This document shows, piece by piece, positions 56,215 to 64,000 of a stretch of DNA of 64,000 bases; the stretch's first letter is position 1, and the number at the start of each line of letters is the position of its first letter. The notes under the pieces are model-generated. The model worked only from the letters and a program-made list of their open reading frames with translations. It ran no database searches and was not told where the DNA came from. Both the position numbers and the translations under genes were made by a program. The stretch comes from an uncultured Gammaproteobacteria bacterium (lineage in GTDB: Bacteria > Patescibacteriota > Microgenomatia > Levybacterales > UBA12049). The stretch is from positions 141,983-205,982 of the forward strand of contig CAYMJR010000001.1 in assembly GCA_964391315.1 (NCBI GenBank), given 5' to 3'.

Positions 56215-58530
56215 ATGAAGCGAATTCTGCCATTCGTTATTTTATTGTTCACGCTTTGCGTCAGCCCTGTCCTGGCCGATGTAACCCAAGTCTCAAACCT
56301 TTCAATCACCGCCACAGTAAATCCGCAAGCAGGAGATTATAAACTATCCCTGGGTTCATCAACCCAGGAAAGAATTATTCCACAAAATACAATAATTAAT
56401 TATAGTATCACCTATGGTGCAAGCGGATCAGCAAGCTTTGACTCACCGACTAAAATTGTTGCTGATTGGAAAAGCTCTGATGCTGCAAGCGGTGTTCATG
56501 TCTTAGATTATATTGGTGGTAGTGCAACACGCGGCTATGGAAATACTACTCCAGAAGTTGATTTGGAAAACCGCACCATTACTTGGAATCTTCCTTCACT
56601 GCCTCCAGGAACAGTGAATCAACAGGTAAATTTTAATCTTCGGACAAATACCAATTACACAGGACAATACGATATTCAATTTACCGTCAGAGCAAATCTC
56701 ACCAATCAATATATTACTTTTCCTGAACAACTGATCACAAAGTCCTACCGCTTCAGTACTAATCCAAATCCCAATGCACCAACCGGAATCCCTGAAACAA
56801 CACCTGAAACGCCACCTAGTGCTCCTGAAAAGCCATCTGGACCAGCAATTACCAATTTATCCTTCACAGATATTACAAGCTCTACAGCAACCCTCCTTGT
56901 CAACACAAGTAAAGCGGCAAAAATGAAAGTAATGTATGGAACTTACTCCAGAGGTCTTGGTAATTCACTAACGACTGGTGAGTATACTCAGAGCAACAAG
57001 GTGACACTTGATGGACTTTTTGCAGCAACCAACTATTATTTGAGTATTGTCCTCACAGACCGCGATGACCAAACAACCACCTCTGAAGTCTTTGTCTTCC
57101 ACACTGCAGAGAAATCTACTCCGCCTGATTTACAAAACAATATTATTGTTGTTACCAGCGGCGGCAATATTTTGTTCTCAGATATAGAAGGCCAGAACCA
57201 AAGCAATCCGGTTGCCTTGTTGACACCTGATTCTGACTATGAATTGAACTATGCGCTTCGTCATCCTATTGCACTGAAATCAATTGACGCGATTATCAGA
57301 AACAAAGTGCTTGCTATTACCAATACTGCATATGCAGCTGATAGCGGCACCATAATGATCCCCATGACAGAGAAATCTCCATCCACCTATTTTGCCCCAT
57401 TAAAAACTCTAACACCAGGACAATTTGAGGTATATGTCAGAATTGCCGATGTTCATGGAAACATCACAGAACAAAAGGTTGCAGAATTAAAAGTCATGCA
57501 GTATCTGTCAGTCTTTGATGATGGCAATAAGCAACCAATTGGCGACAGTCGCGTCTTTATCTCCTACTACAATATGCTCTCAGGTAATTATGAGCCGCTC
57601 GCCCACGATATCTTCAGCAATATTCCCAATCCGAGTTATTCACTGGTCAATGGGGCTGTCAAAATTAATCTCCCACCTGGCAGATATCGGGCTCTCGTGA
57701 GTGCGTTTGGGTACGCACAAAAATCTGTTGATTTTGTTCTTGGAGCCAATGCAGGTGACGATTTTCCAAATGTTTTCCTTCATAAAGACCAGACAAATGT
57801 GTTGAATTATATCAACTATTACGGCAATGCTCTCTCAGATCTTACCAACAACGTCACAACCGCTGTCAACGGTATCGCTGTTTCTGTCCGCTTCTTTAAC
57901 TTGCTTGCAACCTTTATCCTGCTCGTCACCATTTTTGTTACGTTTGTCTTCTTCTCCCTTCGCACTCGTGTGTATCTTCGCCATGTCTTCCCCTACTTTA
58001 CTCACCACATCACCCGACTCACGCGCCGACAACCACTGGGAACATTCTGCGCCATTATCACTGATGAGCAAGGTAAAAGAATTCAAGGAGCTCTTCTCTC
58101 AGTACTTGATGATGCAACAGGTGAACTGCTTACCTCAATTACTACCAATACTGTAGGTGTTTGTTATCTATTCAATCCGAAAGAGCACAAAAATTTGAAA
58201 CTATTAATCATAAAGCAGGGCTATCAACCAAAAACGGTTGCTGTTGAATCAGACATCGCAGAAACACCAAACGGCCTGACAATTGTCTTAAAGAAAGGCC
58301 AGCGGCCGGCACATGCTGTATTTACAAACATCATACGGTTTATCGAAGCAATCGCAGGAAGATTCTTTGAAGTCTCACTTTTCGTGTCTTTCATTCTGGA
58401 GTTCTTCTTTATGTCCGTTTATGGATGGAATAAAACAGTTCCATTCTTTGCTCTCTCCTTCATCAATTTACTTTTGTGGATTATGTATCAGAAAGAAAAA
58501 CAAGACCGCAAGGTATTCAAGAAAGTGTAG
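56215..58530 (+). CDS. large surface protein with fibronectin type-III domain and C-terminal TM helices
   Basis: Signal peptide. FN3-like segment (PSGPAITNLSFTDITSSTATLLVNTSKAAKMKVMYGTYS...YYLSIVLTDRD). Three C-terminal TM helices. Confidence 0.6.
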   Translation: MKRILPFVILLFTLCVSPVLADVTQVSNLSITATVNPQAGDYKLSLGSSTQERIIPQNTIINYSITYGASGSASFDSPTKIVADWKSSDAASGVHVLDYIGGSATRGYGNTTPEVDLENRTITWNLPSLPPGTVNQQVNFNLRTNTNYTGQYDIQFTVRANLTNQYITFPEQLITKSYRFSTNPNPNAPTGIPETTPETPPSAPEKPSGPAITNLSFTDITSSTATLLVNTSKAAKMKVMYGTYSRGLGNSLTTGEYTQSNKVTLDGLFAATNYYLSIVLTDRDDQTTTSEVFVFHTAEKSTPPDLQNNIIVVTSGGNILFSDIEGQNQSNPVALLTPDSDYELNYALRHPIALKSIDAIIRNKVLAITNTAYAADSGTIMIPMTEKSPSTYFAPLKTLTPGQFEVYVRIADVHGNITEQKVAELKVMQYLSVFDDGNKQPIGDSRVFISYYNMLSGNYEPLAHDIFSNIPNPSYSLVNGAVKINLPPGRYRALVSAFGYAQKSVDFVLGANAGDDFPNVFLHKDQTNVLNYINYYGNALSDLTNNVTTAVNGIAVSVRFFNLLATFILLVTIFVTFVFFSLRTRVYLRHVFPYFTHHITRLTRRQPLGTFCAIITDEQGKRIQGALLSVLDDATGELLTSITTNTVGVCYLFNPKEHKNLKLLIIKQGYQPKTVAVESDIAETPNGLTIVLKKGQRPAHAVFTNIIRFIEAIAGRFFEVSLFVSFILEFFFMSVYGWNKTVPFFALSFINLLLWIMYQKEKQDRKVFKKV

Positions 58531-58974
58531 CTATTTGCAAGTATTCTGCGCAGTAATATTTACGATGATCTAATTATCTATACAAAAAAACCATTTCCAC
58601 CATTTTTTAGCCTCGTTTTTTTAAATGGAATCTTTGCAGTGTAATTTTAGAAGGATTTTTATAACTTTATATATATCAATATATATCGTAATATAAATCA
58701 ATATTTCATCTGCTTGAAGTCCTTATCTTGTTTGTGACATGATAAAATTATGGAAAATTCAGAAAGCAACGGACAACCCCCAAAAAAGATAGCAAGAAAA
58801 AGAGAGAGATCATGCATAACAGCTCTAGCAGTCCAAAAGTACTTATCGATAAATCTAAAGGAAACGAGTTCTCTCCTTTATTAAAGAGCAAAGTTAATAA
58901 TTCTCAAATTCACTGGAAAATGCTTAATAAGCAAACAGACGAAAATTCTCCTGAAGTACCATCTGACGAATAAA

Positions 58975-59760
58975 TTACAGCACCTTTCTTGCAAATCTCT
59001 CTCTGAGGATGAGAACAAGAAACTGGAAAAGTGCCAGTTGCCTCTTCCATCGCCAAGGTTGGACAATAAGACGGAACAACCATTCAAATCCAAGGAGTCG
59101 GATAAATAGTGGCGCGCGCACTACTTTCCCACTCAGATAATCAAATGCACCGCCCACTCCCATCGCCGCCTTCACCGGAAGACTGTCCAGGTTTTTTATA
59201 ATCCAATTTTCCTGCTTTGGGAAACCGAATGCAACGAAAAGGATATCGATTGGTTTAGCTAAACGAGGGAGACTCCTGGCATGACTCCCCTTACCTTTAA
59301 ATTTAGGGAAACTATATCTTAATATATCATTTTTGCCATTACCCCACTCTTCACCTACCCATGCAATAGTGATCCAAGGGTACTTTTTCTTCAAGCGGTC
59401 AGCCGTCAACTCTGCTACACCACCTCTTCCACCGAGAAAGCCCATGGACATAGGCTTTTCGCGAGATGCCATACAGAGCTTTTCTATGAAGTCAACTCCT
59501 GTAACCCGTTCTGGAAGCTGTTTTCCCATCAGGTAGCCTCCTAAAATAAGCCCTATACCATCAGGTAAAGCAACATCTGCCGTGTTTAGCCTCGATTTAT
59601 ACTCCGGATGAGTTGAGGCGTAGACAAGGATTTCGGGGTTGGGTGTTGTGATAAAGAGCTTTTTTGATGAGGTACCTATGTTTGACACTACATACTCCAG
59701 GATATTTTCTTCTGTTTCAGACGTTATCGCGACATCAAGGAGTTTTATTGTGTTTAACAT
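58975..59760 (-). CDS. WecB/TagA/CpsF-family (GT26) glycosyltransferase
   Basis: VALPDGIGL, ILFVAFGFPKQENWI and VGGAFDYLSGKVVRAP motifs. Confidence 0.75.
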   Translation of the reverse strand: MLNTIKLLDVAITSETEENILEYVVSNIGTSSKKLFITTPNPEILVYASTHPEYKSRLNTADVALPDGIGLILGGYLMGKQLPERVTGVDFIEKLCMASREKPMSMGFLGGRGGVAELTADRLKKKYPWITIAWVGEEWGNGKNDILRYSFPKFKGKGSHARSLPRLAKPIDILFVAFGFPKQENWIIKNLDSLPVKAAMGVGGAFDYLSGKVVRAPLFIRLLGFEWLFRLIVQPWRWKRQLALFQFLVLILRERFARKVL

Positions 59761-60001
59761 ATTTCACAAACAGTTATAATGCTAAAATAATTTTATGAAA
59801 AATTGTCTAAAAAACAATTTTTGAGTAGATAGATTATACAAAATGTGAATCTAAAATAATCAATCTAGCCTCAATAAAGCGTTAAAAAATTTTGTCATCC
59901 TTCTTTTAAAACTATTGGCTAAGAACATTTATGAAAAGAGCCACGTTTTTATCCCCTTTTCTTAGCAAATTACTAATCTAAACCATTTCTACAGGATAAA
60001 T

Positions 60002-61045
60002 CTACTTTTTATTTATGCTTCGTTTATAGAGTTCTATATTCTCCATCGCGACACCAGTACCGCGGGCGACACAAAGCAATGCATCCTCAGCCACGTGACA
60101 TGGAACACCTGTTGTTTCAGTCATCAACTTGTCAAAATTTGTAAGAAGCGATGAGCCTCCAGACATCACAATACCTTTATCAATAATATCACTCGCGAGC
60201 TCAGGAGGACATTGCTCAAGAACTTCTTTCACTCCTTTAATAATATCCATCAGAACCGGTTTGATCGCTTCATTCACCTGCACCTCATCAAGAGCGATGG
60301 TGCGTGGAAGACCAGTGATGTTATCACGGCCACGAACTTCCATGGCCTCAGCATTGCTGCCAGTCTTTTTTCGGTCAGTATCTGCAGTTGCGTTCCCTAT
60401 CTGAATCTTGATCTGTTCCGCAGTGGTCTCACCGACAAGAAGATTAAATTTTTTCTTGATGTTGTTTGCAATTGTTTCATCAATTCTATTCCCTGCAACT
60501 CTGACCGAGCTATGAACAACGACGCCGCCAAGTGAAATAACAGCAGACTCAGTTGAACCGCCACCGATGTTAACAATCATATGTCCTGCAGCTTGAGCAA
60601 TAGGAATGCGGGCACCAATTGCAGCCGCCAACGGTTCATCAATAAGATACGCAACTTTAGCACCCGCTGACATTGTCGCATCCAAGACAGCACGTCTCTC
60701 TACCTGTGTCACGCCTGATGGCACACAGACCATCACTTCTGGTTTGAAAAAACGCGCATTGCCGCACACTTTATCAATGAAATATGAAAGCATTGCTTCA
60801 GTAATCGTATAATCAGCAACAACTCCATTGCGAAGCGGCCGAAGTGCAGTCACATTGCCTGGCGTTCGTCCAAGCATTTCCTTTGCTTCGTGCCCGACAG
60901 CAACAACCTTATTCTCTTCTGCAGTAACAGCAACAACTGTCGGCTCATTAAGAACAATCCCTTCGCCAACGACATAAACAAGAGTGTTGGCCGTTCCGAG
61001 GTCAATTCCGATTCGTTTGGTTGTTGGAAGACTGAAGTTAAACAT
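60002..61045 (-). CDS. mreB: rod shape-determining protein MreB (paralog 2, canonical length)
   Basis: 347 aa. GIDLGTANT, NIGGGSTE and MSGGSSL motifs. Confidence 0.9.
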   Translation of the reverse strand: MFNFSLPTTKRIGIDLGTANTLVYVVGEGIVLNEPTVVAVTAEENKVVAVGHEAKEMLGRTPGNVTALRPLRNGVVADYTITEAMLSYFIDKVCGNARFFKPEVMVCVPSGVTQVERRAVLDATMSAGAKVAYLIDEPLAAAIGARIPIAQAAGHMIVNIGGGSTESAVISLGGVVVHSSVRVAGNRIDETIANNIKKKFNLLVGETTAEQIKIQIGNATADTDRKKTGSNAEAMEVRGRDNITGLPRTIALDEVQVNEAIKPVLMDIIKGVKEVLEQCPPELASDIIDKGIVMSGGSSLLTNFDKLMTETTGVPCHVAEDALLCVARGTGVAMENIELYKRSINKK

Positions 61046-61209
61046 AATACTGAACCATTTAACCCTATCAAACTAGACATAAACCACATCAAATATTCTG
61101 GTTTAGCCGTGTTTCCTTGATTATATACACCTCTTCCACAATTTGCAAAGCCCCTTCCTTGCATCACCTCTTATAAAGGGAGTATAATTCTTAGTGAACC
61201 TTATAATAT

Positions 61210-62502
61210 ATGGAAGAAGTCGATCCAATGCATCAAGAAATTCATGGTCACCCACCCATGCATCAACAGAAACGTTCTGTGAGAAAACAAGTGTTTATCT
61301 CTCTTGTCGTACTCTGTCTGTTAATCCTCACAACAACAATGGTAGTTTTGTATGGCAGAGGCTATCGGCTTGGTTTTCAAAAAAGCGGTCCACAACTTTC
61401 AAAGACCGGCATTCTCCAAGTCAAAAGTCTTCCAACTGGCGCGCAAATTTATATTGATGGTCATCTACAAACCGCAACCGATAACGACATTAATCTTACT
61501 CCTGGCAAATATACCGTTAGAATTACGAAAGATGGATATGATGATTGGCAAAAAGATATGCAGATCGAAAAAGAAATTGTCAGCAGTGCTTACGCGCTTC
61601 TTTTCCCCAAAGCACCTACACTGCAAAGTATTTCTACCTTTGGTGTAGAATCAGCAGTTGTCGATCCATCAGAGACCAGAATTGCCTTCCGAATTGCCTC
61701 AAATTCAGCTCAGAAAAATGGCATTTATGTTTTTGAAATGACCAACAGAGGATTTCCTGTGCTTGCAGGACAAAGCGGTTCGACCCAAATCGTCGACGAA
61801 ACTATTGATAACTTCTCACAAGCGAAAATTACCTGGTCACCTGATGGCAAACAAATTTTGGCATCAATTCCACTTGGTGAGTCAAGTACCTATTATCTTC
61901 TCAAAAGTGATAGCTTTAATAGTGCACCCCAAAACGTCACTACCACTGTCCAAAGTATTCTCGATTCCTGGAATCAGGAGCGTCTTGATAAGCAAGAAGC
62001 ACGGCTCAAATCACTGAAAAAACCTGTACAAGCATTTGCACGACAGAATTTTCGTATCCTCGCCTGGTCACCTGACGAAACAAAGATCCTGTATCAAGCT
62101 TCTCATTCTGCAGAAATGCCTATTTTTCTCAAACCAAGACTGATTGGAAACAACCTTCTGTATGAACGACGTGATCTGAAAGAAGGAGCAATTTACGTGT
62201 ATCATATTAATGAGGATGTAAACACACGAATCGTCGATACAACAAGTGAACAGTGTACTGAATTGGAACAAGATTGTGACCGCTCGCTTACCTGGTTCCC
62301 AGACTCATCACATCTTATCTATGTGCATGATAAAAAGATTGATCTTGTTGAAGACGATGGAGCAAATATGACAACAATCTATGCAGGGCCATTCCTTGAT
62401 CATTATGTTTACCCTTGGCCTGATGGATCAAAGATTGTGATTTTGACAAATCTCGGCAACTCCAGTACTTCCCCAACACTATATACAATTGGTTTAAAAT
62501 AA
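61210..62502 (+). CDS. membrane-anchored PEGA-domain / TolB-like beta-propeller protein
   Basis: TM helix. PEGA motif (VKSLPTGAQIYIDGHLQTATDNDINLTPGKYTVRITKDGY). Repeated WSPDGKQIL, WSPDETKILY and WFPDSSHLIY PD40-like blades. Confidence 0.6.
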   Translation: MEEVDPMHQEIHGHPPMHQQKRSVRKQVFISLVVLCLLILTTTMVVLYGRGYRLGFQKSGPQLSKTGILQVKSLPTGAQIYIDGHLQTATDNDINLTPGKYTVRITKDGYDDWQKDMQIEKEIVSSAYALLFPKAPTLQSISTFGVESAVVDPSETRIAFRIASNSAQKNGIYVFEMTNRGFPVLAGQSGSTQIVDETIDNFSQAKITWSPDGKQILASIPLGESSTYYLLKSDSFNSAPQNVTTTVQSILDSWNQERLDKQEARLKSLKKPVQAFARQNFRILAWSPDETKILYQASHSAEMPIFLKPRLIGNNLLYERRDLKEGAIYVYHINEDVNTRIVDTTSEQCTELEQDCDRSLTWFPDSSHLIYVHDKKIDLVEDDGANMTTIYAGPFLDHYVYPWPDGSKIVILTNLGNSSTSPTLYTIGLK

Positions 62503-62541
62503 ATCGTAATATATCAAAATCTGCCATAATTTTAACTCTAC

Positions 62542-63387
62542 TTGCCTCTTCTTATTAATATCTGTACTATGTATTCTAGGAGGTATTTTACCTTCTCGTT
62601 TGTTATGCAAAAACTGCCCATCTTATGCATAGGGATTCTATTAGAAATAGGACTTCTTTTTCCTTTTGCGGTCCAAAAAGTCTTTGCTGAAGATATCAGC
62701 TCAGTTGGTATTGCGACATATATGCCAATTACGCAAAATGTCGAAGATGGTGATATTATCAGCACCTCTCCCCAAGGATATGGGCTAAGTACAAAAAGCT
62801 ATGATTCCCAAGTTATCGGCATTGTTGCCAAAAAACCAGCGATTGCATTGAAAACAGATACAGAACAAGGAGGAATACCAGTTGTCAACGTCGGTACCGC
62901 ACTTGTAAAAGTAATGGGAACAAATGGCAATATCAAAAAAGGTGACTATCTTACGACCTCTGACAAAAAAGGTGTGGGGATGAAAGCAACTCGAAGCGGG
63001 TATGTCCTCGGGCAAGCATTGGAAGACGTAACTTTTAAAAATAAGAGTGATATCACTCTCATGGCAATTAACCTGAATCTCCATTTTTTCCAGACTAAGG
63101 CTACTGTTAATGATTCAATTACGCAAATTTTTTCCATTAGTCAATTGGCAGCCTACGAGGAACCGTTGACTGTCTTTAAGTATGTTGTCTCTGCAGGAAT
63201 CCTCATTCTTTCATTTGCGTTCGGCTTTCTTATCTTCTCCCGTGCTATTAATTCCGGAATTCAGGCTTTGGGAAGAAATCCTCTTGCAGGCCGGATGATA
63301 CAACTATCTATCATTTTTAATGTCGTTCTTGTTATTATTATAATAATGTCAGCAATTGCCATAATCTGGCTGTTCTTGAGGTTATGA
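62542..63387 (+). CDS. secreted protein with C-terminal TM anchor, sharing a ~130-aa domain with the giant surface protein
   Basis: GNIKKGDYLTTSDKKGVGMKATRSGYVLGQALEDV here aligns with GSILPGDFLTISSTPGVAMKATEAGYVIGQAMEGY in the giant protein. Two C-terminal TM helices. Confidence 0.5.
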   Translation: MPLLINICTMYSRRYFTFSFVMQKLPILCIGILLEIGLLFPFAVQKVFAEDISSVGIATYMPITQNVEDGDIISTSPQGYGLSTKSYDSQVIGIVAKKPAIALKTDTEQGGIPVVNVGTALVKVMGTNGNIKKGDYLTTSDKKGVGMKATRSGYVLGQALEDVTFKNKSDITLMAINLNLHFFQTKATVNDSITQIFSISQLAAYEEPLTVFKYVVSAGILILSFAFGFLIFSRAINSGIQALGRNPLAGRMIQLSIIFNVVLVIIIIMSAIAIIWLFLRL

Positions 63388-64000
63388 TTATTACTGTCCC
63401 AAGTATCATGACTGCAATCTCCGTCCTCGGAGTATTAAGTATACTCGGCGCGCTTGCGCTGTTTATTCATCATGTCCTTAAACGTGAACACGAATTCCAG
63501 GAAAAAGAAAAAGCCACCTTTGGGCAGTATGAGGAGATTATTAAACGTGCACATGAACAAGCTGCAGATATTTTGGATAAAACTGTCACCACCTCAGAAC
63601 ATCTTCTTTCAAATGTTCATGGAACAAATGACACAATCGCGGCAGATTTCGATAAAATTCTGCAGGCAATAGCCCAGAAAGAACTTCAGGCAATCAACCA
63701 CGAAGCAGCACTCCTTAAGAAGGGCTATGAAAATAAAATTACGCAAATGGAAGCAACAATGGACCAAAATACGGCTACCATGCTCCAAAATACCGCAGCA
63801 AATCTCGACAAACAAATGACAACATTCACTCAGAATCTTTTGACCCATGCAAGCAAATCTGAGGAAATGATTGGTACTAAAACACAAGAAATGCTTGGAC
63901 AAATAGAGACTGAGGTAAACGAATACAAAAGGAAAAAACTCGCGACAGCCGATCAGGAGATTTATCAACTTATCCAAAAAACCTATCTGGAAGTTCTGGG
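63384..64000 (+). CDS. membrane-anchored coiled-coil protein, 3' partial (runs off window)
   Basis: ATG at 63384 overlaps the upstream stop (TTATGA). An N-terminal TM helix is followed by a long heptad-like coiled coil. There is no stop codon before position 64000. Confidence 0.4.
   Translation, partial: MIITVPSIMTAISVLGVLSILGALALFIHHVLKREHEFQEKEKATFGQYEEIIKRAHEQAADILDKTVTTSEHLLSNVHGTNDTIAADFDKILQAIAQKELQAINHEAALLKKGYENKITQMEATMDQNTATMLQNTAANLDKQMTTFTQNLLTHASKSEEMIGTKTQEMLGQIETEVNEYKRKKLATADQEIYQLIQKTYLEVL

Noticed and set aside
58751-58973. Small plus-strand ORFs (44 and 53 aa) in the AT-rich spacer between the FN3 gene and the GT26 gene
   Set aside because: No motif, no promoter or RBS support. 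The region is very AT-rich and they may be chance ORFs.

Overview
This 64-kb window comes from a low-GC bacterial chromosome with Gram-positive-type envelope genes and almost no Shine-Dalgarno sequences, which suggests a Patescibacteria/CPR-like or deep Firmicutes-like lineage. The lineage call is an inference from the sequence alone.

Housekeeping genes form the backbone. They are mreB (two paralogs, one at each end of the window), def-fmt, rpmB, a tRNA-Thr/Tyr/Thr cluster, rpmG, tRNA-Trp, an N-terminally truncated polA, galU, glmS with an upstream glmS-ribozyme-like leader, secE-nusG-rplK-rplA, rplJ-rplL and dtd.

Two things interrupt this backbone. About 20 kb of stress and envelope genes lies between tRNA-Trp and secE: hsp20, a PNPOx-like protein, dps, a Rieske protein, an lmo0937-like peptide, an AI-2E transporter and an MFS transporter. 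A roughly 7-kb glycosylation and surface-protein cluster lies on the opposite strand between rplA and rplJ: a giant polytopic membrane protein, GT4, GT2, a Tat lipoprotein and a DUF11 protein.

The right half of the window is dominated by cell-surface genes. These are a 1589-aa beta-repeat giant protein carrying a perfect 254-bp internal duplication, two tandem WxL-like/DUF916-like gene pairs, an FN3 membrane protein, a TagA-like GT26, and a PEGA/TolB-like protein.

Non-genic signals worth noting are a consensus sigma70 promoter plus glmS-ribozyme-like leader, a roughly 35-bp repeat family downstream of tRNA-Trp (copy 1 abuts a 13-bp duplicate of the tRNA 3' end), direct-repeat operators beside two excisionase-family HTH regulators, an inverted-repeat-flanked gene remnant, a 123-bp coding tandem repeat, and several -35/17/-10 promoters.

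No CRISPR array, integrase, transposase or recognisable defence enzyme is visible.
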